Origin: Gammaproteobacteria bacterium
GTDB lineage: Bacteria; Pseudomonadota; Gammaproteobacteria; Steroidobacterales; Steroidobacteraceae
DNA: 64,000 nt
Direction: 5' to 3'
Assembly: GCA_040004115.1 (NCBI GenBank)
Contig: JBDUBO010000011.1
Span: 77 to 64,076 of the forward strand
The position numbers were made by a program, and so were the translations under genes. The notes under the pieces are model-generated. The model did no database searches. It was not told where the DNA came from and saw nothing but the letters and a program-made list of their open reading frames with translations. Shown piece after piece: positions 1 through 8,150 of this stretch; position 1 is the first letter of the stretch; each line of letters begins with the position of its first letter.

Positions 1-230
1 TTGAAATAGGCGCAGCGGCGGCCGGCTGGCCTGCCGTCGTGGTCGCCGTGCGGGTCATCGGCCCCATCGTGCGCTTGGAGCTCTACGCCGATGGTCAACC
101 GGCCAACGAGCTGATGGAGGCGGAAATAAGCCGCGAGCGTTACGAAGCCGAGCGCTTCGCCGTCGGTCAAAAGGTGGGTCTGCGCTTCAGGCGCTGGCAG
201 GTGTATCCCGCTAACGGCGCTGCAGCTTGA
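1..230 (+). CDS. C-terminal end of an ABC-transporter ATPase, probably sulfate/thiosulfate importer CysA (TOBE-type regulatory domain); 5' part lies outside the window
   Basis: The frame containing nt 3 is open from the window edge to the stop at 228-230. The tail VRLELYADGQ..EAEISRERYEAERFAVGQKVGLRFRRWQVY resembles the C-terminal domain of CysA/ModC-type ATPases. It sits next to sulfite reductase genes. Confidence 0.45.
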   Translation, partial: EIGAAAAGWPAVVVAVRVIGPIVRLELYADGQPANELMEAEISRERYEAERFAVGQKVGLRFRRWQVYPANGAAA

Positions 231-696
231 GGGGCAAGCCTGCGTCGTTCGAGGGTTGATAGGCGCGCGAAAAGGTCGACAGTGCCGTGCTTGCGCCCTC
301 GATGTCGGCGTCCGGCAATTCGAAACTGTTAAAGCCGCACCGGGCCATGAAAAATACCTGATCGCGGCGCACATAACCGGTGGCGCGCAGCTCGCCGCTG
401 AAATTCCACTGTTCACGGAGCATGCGCGCCTGGGAGTAGCCACGTCCTTCGCTGGGACCGGAGAACTCGAGTCCGATCAGAGAAAATCGCGAAAAGCGCG
501 GCGCCAACAGATCAAGCTTGTGACCGGGCGGCAGTACGACGCCGAGCCGGCCGTCGCGATTCGCCCAAATGTCAGGCTGGCTTTGCCACTCTGCGTAACT
601 CAGGATCAACGATGCCGCCTGGCGGTCCTCGGCTTCCGCGAGGTAACTCCAGTCGTCAACGACTACTTGGCCGTCACGCAGCAGCCGACGTGGCAT
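211..696 (-). CDS. DUF934-family protein (conserved partner of assimilatory sulfite reductase)
   Basis: 161-aa ORF (MPRRLLRDGQVVVDDW...SLIGLEFSGPSEGRGYSQARMLRE...) typical of DUF934. It lies immediately downstream of cysI and overlaps it. Confidence 0.7.
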   Translation of the reverse strand: MPRRLLRDGQVVVDDWSYLAEAEDRQAASLILSYAEWQSQPDIWANRDGRLGVVLPPGHKLDLLAPRFSRFSLIGLEFSGPSEGRGYSQARMLREQWNFSGELRATGYVRRDQVFFMARCGFNSFELPDADIEGASTALSTFSRAYQPSNDAGLPLKLQRR

Positions 697-2326
697 ACAC
701 TCTTTCCTTGAAGGGCTTCACACCGAGGCGCCGTACAGTGTCGAGGAAGCGCTCCCCGGACTCTCGATGCTCGACATATACCTCGAGCAGGCGCGCAATC
801 GTTTCGGCGACATCGGCCTTGGCGACCGACGGGCCGATGACTTGCCCTAAGGATGCGTCGGCGCCGGCCGCGCCGCCGATGGTGATCTGGTACCACTCCT
901 GGCCGCCCTTATCTACGCCGAGAATTCCGATATGCCCGACGTGGTGGTGACCGCAGGCGTTCATGCAGCCCGACATCTTGACGTCGAGTTCGCCCAAGTC
1001 ATATACATAATCATAGTCGTCGAAGCGCTCGTTGATGAGCTTCGCCACGTCGATGGAGCCGGCGTTGGCGAGGCTGCAAAAATCGAGGCCGGGGCAGCAG
1101 ATCATATCGGTCAATGTGCCGATGTTGGGCGTGGCGAGGCCCGCCGCTTCGAGTGTCTGCCAGAGCTCGAACGTGTTGTCCTGCTCTACGTCCGCCAGCA
1201 GCAGATTTTGCGTGTGGGTGACGCGCACTTCACCGAAGCTGTAGCGATCGGCGAGATCCGCGACCAGTTCCATTTGAACGTCGGTGATGTCGCCCGGCGC
1301 CTCACCGGGCTTCTTGAGCGATATAAAGACGGCGCGATAGCCAGAGACCTTGTGCGCCACGGTGTTGTAGCGATACCAGGCGCGAAACGCCGTGTTTTTC
1401 CCCAGGGCGGGTTCCGTGTTCGGCAGGCCGCTATACGCCGGCGCATTGAAGAAGCCGCGCAGCCGCGCGATTTCCGAGTCATCCACGCGCGGACCGCCTG
1501 CGCGTGTCAATTCCCACTCCGCTTCCACACGCCTGCGGAATTCCTCGATTCCGAGCGACTTCACCAAAATCTTGATACGCGCCTTTGTTAGATTATCGCG
1601 CCGTCCTTCCAAGTTGTAGACACGCAGGATCGCCTCGAGATAGGACAACAGGTGCTCGCGCGGCAGAAAATCGCGCACCACCTGGCCGATGATGGGCGTA
1701 CGGCCCAGGCCGCCTCCGGCCAGAATTTCAAAGCCCAATTCACCGGCGGGTCCGCGCACGATGTGCACGCCAACGTCGTGCACCAGAGAGGCGGCACGGT
1801 CCTGGGGCGCTCCTGTCACGGCGATCTTGAATTTTCGGGGCAAATAAGTGAATTCCGGGTGGAAGGTCGACCACTGGCGAATCAGCTCGCACCAAGGGCG
1901 CGGATCCTCGAGCTCATCGGGCGTCACGCCCGCCAGGTGGTCGGTGGTGGTGTTGCGGATGCAATTACCGCTGGTCTGGATGGCGTGCATCTCTACCTCG
2001 GCAAGCTCCGCTAAAATGTCCGGCACTTCCTCGAGTTTGGGCCAGTTGTACTGAATATTCTGGCGGGTCGTGAAATGCCCGTAGCCGCGGTCATAGCGGC
2101 GGGCGATCCCGCCGAGGGCTCTGAGCTGCACAGAAGACAACATGCCGTAGGGAATGGCCACACGCAGCATCGGCGCATGACGCTGGATATAGAGGCCATT
2201 GCGCAGGCGCAGATGGCGGAATTCATCGTCGTTCAGCTCGCCGGCGAGAAAACGCCGCGTCTGGTCGCGAAATTGTGCGACGCGCTCGATTACCAGCGTT
2301 TTGTCGACTGCGTCATACCGATACAT
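674..2326 (-). CDS. cysI: assimilatory sulfite reductase hemoprotein (nitrite/sulfite reductase siroheme/4Fe-4S family)
   Basis: 550-aa ORF with cysteine cluster motifs DMICCPGLDFCSLA and MSGCMNACGHHH. The N-terminus (RFLAGELNDDEFRHLRLRNGLYIQRHAPMLRVAIPYG) is typical of the family. Confidence 0.9.
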   Translation of the reverse strand: MYRYDAVDKTLVIERVAQFRDQTRRFLAGELNDDEFRHLRLRNGLYIQRHAPMLRVAIPYGMLSSVQLRALGGIARRYDRGYGHFTTRQNIQYNWPKLEEVPDILAELAEVEMHAIQTSGNCIRNTTTDHLAGVTPDELEDPRPWCELIRQWSTFHPEFTYLPRKFKIAVTGAPQDRAASLVHDVGVHIVRGPAGELGFEILAGGGLGRTPIIGQVVRDFLPREHLLSYLEAILRVYNLEGRRDNLTKARIKILVKSLGIEEFRRRVEAEWELTRAGGPRVDDSEIARLRGFFNAPAYSGLPNTEPALGKNTAFRAWYRYNTVAHKVSGYRAVFISLKKPGEAPGDITDVQMELVADLADRYSFGEVRVTHTQNLLLADVEQDNTFELWQTLEAAGLATPNIGTLTDMICCPGLDFCSLANAGSIDVAKLINERFDDYDYVYDLGELDVKMSGCMNACGHHHVGHIGILGVDKGGQEWYQITIGGAAGADASLGQVIGPSVAKADVAETIARLLEVYVEHRESGERFLDTVRRLGVKPFKERVYATSAAA

Positions 2327-2498
2327 AGCTCGCCAGACTACGGCGGTGCCCCGTGCATCGCCAATTACCGGAACGCATGAGCTTATGACCGGCAGAGCTA
2401 GGGACCCGGGTGCAGGGGCGGGGGCCCGGCTGCAGAGGCCGGCAATAAGTGAAAAGTTCTCGCTGCTGTGGGCCCGTGCGGCTTCCTAAAACCGTGAT

Positions 2499-3062
2499 TT
2501 GCTCGGCAGAGGGAATTTGAGGTTACGTGCAGCATCGCGGATGTCTATTGAGGGGTCCGCTGTGGCAACAGATCTTACGGAAGTCATGGTCGCGCCGGAC
2601 ACTTATCATGTCTCGCCAGAACCCATGCTGATGATCGCCGATTTGCACGGCGCCCTCGCGCTTTGTCTGCATGACGAGGGTCGAGGCGTCGGCGGTTTAT
2701 TGCATTTGCGTTTCAAGGGCGGCACCGGTCGTCCCAGCGATGTCACGGACAATACCTTGAGCTCGGTGTTGGTTGTGCTCGACCGCTTCAAGCGCGCCGT
2801 GCTCGGCAATGCCACTCGCGGCGACGAAGTGCAGGCGCGGATCCTCGCGCACGCGCTGCCGCCGACGGATGCCGGCGAGCCCAGTGCCTCCTTGGTGGAC
2901 CTGATTCGAGCTGACCTTGCCGATGGCAAGATTGCCTGCGGCACCCAGACTACGCGACGCACCGAGTCGCTGCGCGTGTGCTTTCAGCCCTTTAAGGGGA
3001 GCGTCTGGGTTTGTGGACCGAATGATTTGCGCGCTGCCTCGCGCCGCCGCTCGACCGGTTAA
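2499..3062 (+). CDS. CheD-like (chemoreceptor glutamine deamidase fold) protein with a non-canonical active site
   Basis: The core YHVSPEPMLMIADLHGALALCLHDEGRGVGGLLHLRF aligns by eye with the CheD signature (..TLGSCVAVCLyD....GG..H..LP). The GSC cysteine position is Ala. Start is uncertain (TTG 2499 or ATG 2541). Confidence 0.5.
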   Translation: MLGRGNLRLRAASRMSIEGSAVATDLTEVMVAPDTYHVSPEPMLMIADLHGALALCLHDEGRGVGGLLHLRFKGGTGRPSDVTDNTLSSVLVVLDRFKRAVLGNATRGDEVQARILAHALPPTDAGEPSASLVDLIRADLADGKIACGTQTTRRTESLRVCFQPFKGSVWVCGPNDLRAASRRRSTG

Positions 3063-3105
3063 ACGCCTGTACCCAGCAGGGCGGCCTTCAATATAAGATT
3101 GCGCC

Positions 3106-3789
3106 ATGCGACGTTGTATGGCTCTGGCGGTTCTGTTTCTCGCGGCGTGTGCGAGCGAAGAGCTTGCGCAAGCGCCGCCGACAGACGTGGATTTCAGCGG
3201 ACATTGGCAGCTCAATGAGGCGGATAGCGACGATCCGCAGCGCATGCTCCAGGCTCAATTTAATCAAGCCGCCGGCGCTCAGAACAATCCATCGCGCGGT
3301 TCCGGCGGACGGGGCGGCCGCCAGGGTGGAGGCCGCGGGGGTGGGGACATGCCTGCCGCGGGACCCGGCGGCCCGATAATGCCCTCGGTGGGAGCGATGG
3401 GCGAAGGTTTGCGATGGCCCGGAAAATTACTTGATATCAAGCAGGTGGCCGGCGTCGTGGCCTTCACCTCCGGGGGTGCCAGCCGCGTCTGTCAGCCCAT
3501 GGATGCTGCGCGCAGGCCGCATCATCGCCCTGCGTCGTCAAACGATCGCGACACCGCATCGGGACGCGCCGCGCCGCCACGCGCACGCGATACCCCGCCG
3601 CCGCGTTGTGGTTGGGCGGAGAAAACGCTGATAGTGAAAGGTGGCGATGCCGACGATGACCGTCCGCCCTTCGAAGAACACTACAGCCTGTCGGACGATA
3701 AGCAGCGCCTGGTGGAAGTGGTGGGATTTACCGGCGGACGTTCCAGCGGCTTCACCATGTCGCGCGTGTGGGATCGCCAGCCGCAATAA
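3106..3789 (+). CDS. lipoprotein of unknown function with a Gly/Arg-rich low-complexity segment
   Basis: Signal peptide plus lipobox MRRCMALAVLFLAAC|ASEE. Contains the low-complexity stretch SRGSGGRGGRQGGGRGGG. Followed by a clear intrinsic terminator. Confidence 0.6.
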   Translation: MRRCMALAVLFLAACASEELAQAPPTDVDFSGHWQLNEADSDDPQRMLQAQFNQAAGAQNNPSRGSGGRGGRQGGGRGGGDMPAAGPGGPIMPSVGAMGEGLRWPGKLLDIKQVAGVVAFTSGGASRVCQPMDAARRPHHRPASSNDRDTASGRAAPPRARDTPPPRCGWAEKTLIVKGGDADDDRPPFEEHYSLSDDKQRLVEVVGFTGGRSSGFTMSRVWDRQPQ

Positions 3790-3790
3790 A

Positions 3791-3816
3791 AAAGCCGGGC
3801 GTGTGCCCGGCTTTTA
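3791..3816 (+). terminator. rho-independent terminator
   Basis: Stem AGCCGGGC (3793-3800) and GCCCGGCT (3805-3812) with loop GTGT, followed by a T run and preceded by an A run. It begins 2 nt after the stop codon at 3787-3789. Confidence 0.8.
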
Positions 3817-4010
3817 AGTCCCCATGCCTTATGTGTGGCGCTTTATTCTTGCGCTCTGGCAATGATTGGTCTTTTCACTTCCCTAGAGTCCTATTGCGTC
3901 CGAGCAACACTCTAGTCCTGAGCCGCTGCCGAAGCTAGCCCAATTGCAAAGAAGTGCAAAAATAAATGTAGTGTATAAACAACACTTGCCACGAAAGTCC
4001 GTCCGACCCC

Positions 4011-4637
4011 GTGGCGGGTCCGGTTGGAAACTTGGCGTATCCTTGCCGCAACAAGCGCGACAGCTGGAGACATAAGTTGGTAAAGGCATCGAAGTCATCC
4101 CCATCGACCATCACGGTTCGCACACGGCGTGCCTATGTCGACTGCAAGTTCGGCCAGCTGCATGTGCGCACCGCCTTTCCAACCACCGGCGGCTTCGACG
4201 AGCAGGTGACTCTGTTCTGCCTGCATCCCATGGATGCCTCGAGCCGTATCTTCGGCCGGCTGCTGCCGGAGCTCGCAGACGTGCGTTCTGTGTACGCGCC
4301 CGATTTGCCGGGGGACGGCGAGTCCGATCCCTCGCCGACCAAGAGCATGACGGAAGCCGCCGCGGCGATTTCCGATCTGGCCGACGACTTACGCTTGCGC
4401 CAAATCGACCTGCTGGGAGTTCAATATGGAGCCGGAGTCGCGGTGGAACTGGCCGCCTTGCGGCCGGATCTGGTGAAGCGCCTGGTTCTCGCCGGCGTCC
4501 CGGCCAGCGAGCGCTTGCCGGTCGCCAAACAGCCGCGCTTGTTGGTCGATCTTGCCGCTTACGGAAACGACCCGTTCGATTCAGCACCACAGGCCCTCGC
4601 GAAGCACATCGGCGCATTCCTACGCGGTTCCACGTGA
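4011..4637 (+). CDS. short alpha/beta-hydrolase-fold-like protein lacking the nucleophile serine (paralog of 13420-14199)
   Basis: Motifs FGQLHVR, LFCLHPMDASSRIF, APDLPGDGESD and IDLLGVQYGAGVAVELA are collinear with 13420-14199. The G-x-S-x-G position reads G-V-Q-Y-G. The true start may be an internal TTG near 4077. Confidence 0.55.
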   Translation: MAGPVGNLAYPCRNKRDSWRHKLVKASKSSPSTITVRTRRAYVDCKFGQLHVRTAFPTTGGFDEQVTLFCLHPMDASSRIFGRLLPELADVRSVYAPDLPGDGESDPSPTKSMTEAAAAISDLADDLRLRQIDLLGVQYGAGVAVELAALRPDLVKRLVLAGVPASERLPVAKQPRLLVDLAAYGNDPFDSAPQALAKHIGAFLRGST

Positions 4638-4647
4638 GCATCGCGCA

Positions 4648-5331
4648 TTGCGGCTCAATAAATTCATCAGCGAAACCGGAGCCTGCTCGAGGCGCGAGGC
4701 GGACAAGTGGATCGAGGCCGGACGCGTTACCTGCAACGGTCGGCTCGCAGCCCTGGGCACGCGGGTGGAGGACGGCGATGAGGTCAGGATCGACGGCGAG
4801 TTGATCGGCGCCAAGAAAAAGCCCGTCTATATCGCGCTCAACAAACCGGTCGGAATCACCTGCACCACTGAATCCGACATCGAGGACAACATCATTGATC
4901 TGGTCGGCCATCCGGAGCGCATCTTTCCGATTGGCCGCCTGGACAAGGACTCCGAAGGCCTGATACTGCTGACCAACAACGGCGACATCGTCAACGAGAT
5001 CCTGCGTTCCGAGAACAATCATGAGAAAGAATACGTCGTTACCGTTGATCGCCCCATCACCAATTTGTCGCTGCAGATGATGGCGAGCGGCGTGAAAATC
5101 ATGGGCGAGCTGACCAAACCCTGCAAGGTCAGCCGCATCGGCAGTGAGTCCTTTCGCATGATTCTCACCCAAGGATTGAATCGGCAAATCCGTCGCATGT
5201 GTTCGGCGCTGGGCTACAAAGCAAGGCGCCTGCAGCGGGTGCGAATCATGAACATTCATCTGGGAACTTTGAATTCCGGACAATGGCGCCATCTGACCGA
5301 TACGGAACTTGCCGGCCTGTTGCCGGATTGA
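4648..5331 (+). CDS. rluF: 23S rRNA pseudouridine synthase, RluF/RsuA family (S4 domain plus PseudoU_synth_2)
   Basis: LRLNKFISETGACSRREADKWIEAGRVTCNG (S4 domain) and catalytic motif PIGRLDKDSEGLILLTN. Start set to TTG 4648, just after the upstream stop; the supplied ORF 4552-5331 extends into the previous gene. Confidence 0.85.
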   Translation: MRLNKFISETGACSRREADKWIEAGRVTCNGRLAALGTRVEDGDEVRIDGELIGAKKKPVYIALNKPVGITCTTESDIEDNIIDLVGHPERIFPIGRLDKDSEGLILLTNNGDIVNEILRSENNHEKEYVVTVDRPITNLSLQMMASGVKIMGELTKPCKVSRIGSESFRMILTQGLNRQIRRMCSALGYKARRLQRVRIMNIHLGTLNSGQWRHLTDTELAGLLPD

Positions 5332-5342
5332 ACCAGCGGATG

Positions 5343-5816
5343 CTAGCCGGATCGTAGGGCCGTCGCCGCCATTCCTTCCGACCAACGGCGGCCGCTGGTG
5401 ATTCGCCAGTCGGGGTCCTCGGCGTTGGTTGCCAGCCACCGAAAGAAATCATGACGCTGGTTGGTCCAATAGGCGTAGCTATAGAGCACGCCGCCGGTAC
5501 TCGACTTCACCGTGAAACGCCGGCGAAACCCAAAGCTTGCCAGACCGCGAGTGCAGCTGATGCGGGGCGAATTCTCCGACAAGGCGTACTGGTCGGGGCC
5601 GACTTGTAAGCGCAGGCGTCCCGCTTGGCCGTACACGCAGATATTGGGCTGCGATGGGCGGATCAGCGCGATACCGTGCACCAGCGCCGGCGGAGTGTCG
5701 AAGGCGCTCCAAGTGCCGCCAAGTGCATGCCATTGCAGCACCATGCCTTGACGCCGGAAATCAATGACCGAAATAGTCGTGGCGTTGTCGGGGGCCATGC
5801 CCGCAGCATGCCGCAT
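5343..5816 (-). CDS. hypothetical protein
   Basis: ORF 5343-5885 with non-shadow-like composition. Start moved to Met 5816 to avoid overlap with the 3' end of dsbD. No motif recognised. Confidence 0.4.
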   Translation of the reverse strand: MRHAAGMAPDNATTISVIDFRRQGMVLQWHALGGTWSAFDTPPALVHGIALIRPSQPNICVYGQAGRLRLQVGPDQYALSENSPRISCTRGLASFGFRRRFTVKSSTGGVLYSYAYWTNQRHDFFRWLATNAEDPDWRITSGRRWSEGMAATALRSG

Positions 5817-5850
5817 CCACGCCTCATTGAGAATCGTCGTAGCGAAAAAC

Positions 5851-8022
5851 TTACGGAGCAGCGGTGCGGCGGGGTGCGTCGGCAAAGGCGCTTTGTACCA
5901 CGCTCGCAGTCAGAAGTTGCGGCAGCACGACGGCAGCGGATGCGCCGGGTTTGGCGTTGTATACCACGTACAGCGGCACTCCGGCGCGGCCGAAAGCGGC
6001 CAGTGCTTGCGTAATGGCCGGGTCTCGATTGGTCCAATCCCCCTTCATAAGGGTAACCCCTTTGCTGCGAAAGACCTCCTGAACCCCAGAGTCCGCAAAG
6101 GCGTTGCGCTCATTGACCAGACAGGTCAGGCACCAGCTGGCGGTGAAATTCACCAGCAGCGGCTTGCCGGCGGCAATTAGGCTGGCTACTCGTGCCGCAT
6201 CATAGGGCTGCCATTCTCCATCGGCATGCGCGCTCCCGCCTCCCGCCGATGCGCCGGTCGCAGCCGCGGCCAAGCCGGCGAAGCGCACCGGCAGAACAAT
6301 GGCGAGCAGCACCGCAAGCATCGCAGTAGCCAAGGCCGCGACACGGCCCGTGCTCGAGCTGGACTTGGATTTTTGGTAGGCCCAGGCCGCCAATGCCACC
6401 AGAATGGCGCCGGCCAGTGCAGCACCCAATCCAAGGGACGAGGTTTGCTGCGCGAGCACCCACAGCAGCCACGCCGCCGACGCATAGATCGGGAAGGCAA
6501 AGAACTGCTTCAGCGTATCCATCCACGCGCCCGGTCGTGGCAGCGCACGCCTCATCCAGGGCGCGAATGACAGGAGCAGGTAGGGCAGTGCGAGTCCCAG
6601 TCCCAATGACGCAAAGATGCACAGCGCAACGATGGGCGGCTGGGTGAGCGCTGCGCCGACCGCAAAGGCCATGAAGGGCGCCGTACACGGCGTCGCCACC
6701 AAAGTTGTGAGGACACCGGTGAAAAATGCGGCGCGATAGCTGTCGCCGTGGGTGAGACCGTCGCCGACGCCGGCGAGTCCGCCGCCGAACTCGAAAACAC
6801 CGGACAGATTGAGACCCACAGCCAGCAGCAAGTACACCAGCAAGGTGACGAACAACGGCGACTGCAATTGGAAGCCCCAGCCGATCTGCTCCCCGCCCGC
6901 ACGCAGCACCAGCAGCAAGGCCGCCAGGCACAACATGGAGCTGATGACGCCGGCGGCGAACACCAGGCCCTTGGTGCGTACGGCGGCGGGATGCTTCCTC
7001 GCCTGTTCAACCAAGCCGATGGCTTTGATCGATAGCACCGGAAACACACAGGGCATGAGATTCAAAATCAGGCCGCCGAGTATCGCGAACAGCAGCAATA
7101 CCGGCAGCGAAGTGTCGTCAATCCCGGGTGCGCCCGCGGACCGCGGAGTGGCGGGGCTCAAGCCACCGTCCGCAGCGGAGAAACCCGCGGCGATCTCCAT
7201 GGGCACGGTCACCGTCTCATTGCCGCTCTGCTCAGTGGCGAGCAATACGCCGCGAATGATCCCGGCCTTGGGCGGCCGATCGCCGAGCTTCATCGACAGT
7301 TCGACAGCGTCCCTATTGCGCGCCACAATCTGCGGCGCGGCGTACTCGATGCCGCCCTCGTCATAGGGAAAGAACGCCAGCGATTTGATCTGCGGCAGGG
7401 TCGTGCCCCATTCCTTGCCCAGGGTAATGACCAGTCGGCCATCCTGAATCCGCGCGCTGGTCGCAGCCGGCTGGGCGCTCGGCAACTCGCTTCGCGCCGC
7501 CGTGAACAGCGCGGTATCCAACGGATCGATGCCGCCCGCCGCGGCGCTTGTCGGCAGTTTCAATTGCAGATCGGCGTCCTCGGGAATGCACACATCGGAA
7601 CAGACCAGCCAGCTTGCCTTTGCAAACAGCGCGACGGGCGTGCCGGGCTTCAAGTCCTTGGGCGCGGTGATTTCAACCAAATGCACGGCGCGCCCCGCGT
7701 AGCCGTAATTGACCAGCGGCGGCAGCTCGAAACGATGCGGCGTGGTCCAGACGATGTTTCCCGCCGTAAATCCCGCGGGCAGCTGCCATTTGATCGACGT
7801 GGCCTGACCAGAGTCGCCGGGATTGCGCCAGTAGGTATGCCAGCCATCACGTATGTTTAATTCAAGGGCGACCCAAAATGACTGGCCCGGAGCGACCGCG
7901 CTCACCTCGCTCACCAGGTGCGCCTTTACATTGTCGGTGGCAACAACGTTGCCCGAGACGGCAAAGACCGGAGACGCCAGCAGCAAGCTCAACAGCCATA
8001 AATTCACGATGCGCATGGACAT
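5851..8022 (-). CDS. dsbD: thiol:disulfide interchange protein, DsbD/ScsB family
   Basis: 723 aa. It has a signal peptide, an N-terminal periplasmic domain (WLVCSDVCIPE), a multi-TM core with conserved Cys (LNLMPCVFPVLS, LVATPCTAPF), and a C-terminal thioredoxin fold with WCLTC. Confidence 0.9.
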   Translation of the reverse strand: MSMRIVNLWLLSLLLASPVFAVSGNVVATDNVKAHLVSEVSAVAPGQSFWVALELNIRDGWHTYWRNPGDSGQATSIKWQLPAGFTAGNIVWTTPHRFELPPLVNYGYAGRAVHLVEITAPKDLKPGTPVALFAKASWLVCSDVCIPEDADLQLKLPTSAAAGGIDPLDTALFTAARSELPSAQPAATSARIQDGRLVITLGKEWGTTLPQIKSLAFFPYDEGGIEYAAPQIVARNRDAVELSMKLGDRPPKAGIIRGVLLATEQSGNETVTVPMEIAAGFSAADGGLSPATPRSAGAPGIDDTSLPVLLLFAILGGLILNLMPCVFPVLSIKAIGLVEQARKHPAAVRTKGLVFAAGVISSMLCLAALLLVLRAGGEQIGWGFQLQSPLFVTLLVYLLLAVGLNLSGVFEFGGGLAGVGDGLTHGDSYRAAFFTGVLTTLVATPCTAPFMAFAVGAALTQPPIVALCIFASLGLGLALPYLLLSFAPWMRRALPRPGAWMDTLKQFFAFPIYASAAWLLWVLAQQTSSLGLGAALAGAILVALAAWAYQKSKSSSSTGRVAALATAMLAVLLAIVLPVRFAGLAAAATGASAGGGSAHADGEWQPYDAARVASLIAAGKPLLVNFTASWCLTCLVNERNAFADSGVQEVFRSKGVTLMKGDWTNRDPAITQALAAFGRAGVPLYVVYNAKPGASAAVVLPQLLTASVVQSAFADAPRRTAAP

Positions 8023-8150
8023 ATATTACCCAATAAACCCAGTTGAAACCCCCGCAGGCTCCGTGGGCTGTGCGGCGTCTCACAGTATGCGCCGGCCATA
8101 CCGCTCCGTGGACGCTTGAGCTATCGTAGGCATCCCCAACGATGTAACCC

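Noticed and set aside
4111-5439. 442-aa minus-strand ORF covering the hydrolase-like and rluF genes
   Set aside because: It is extremely Arg/Pro/Ala-rich with no motifs. It lies antisense to two ORFs that have clear family signatures, which is typical of a high-GC shadow ORF.
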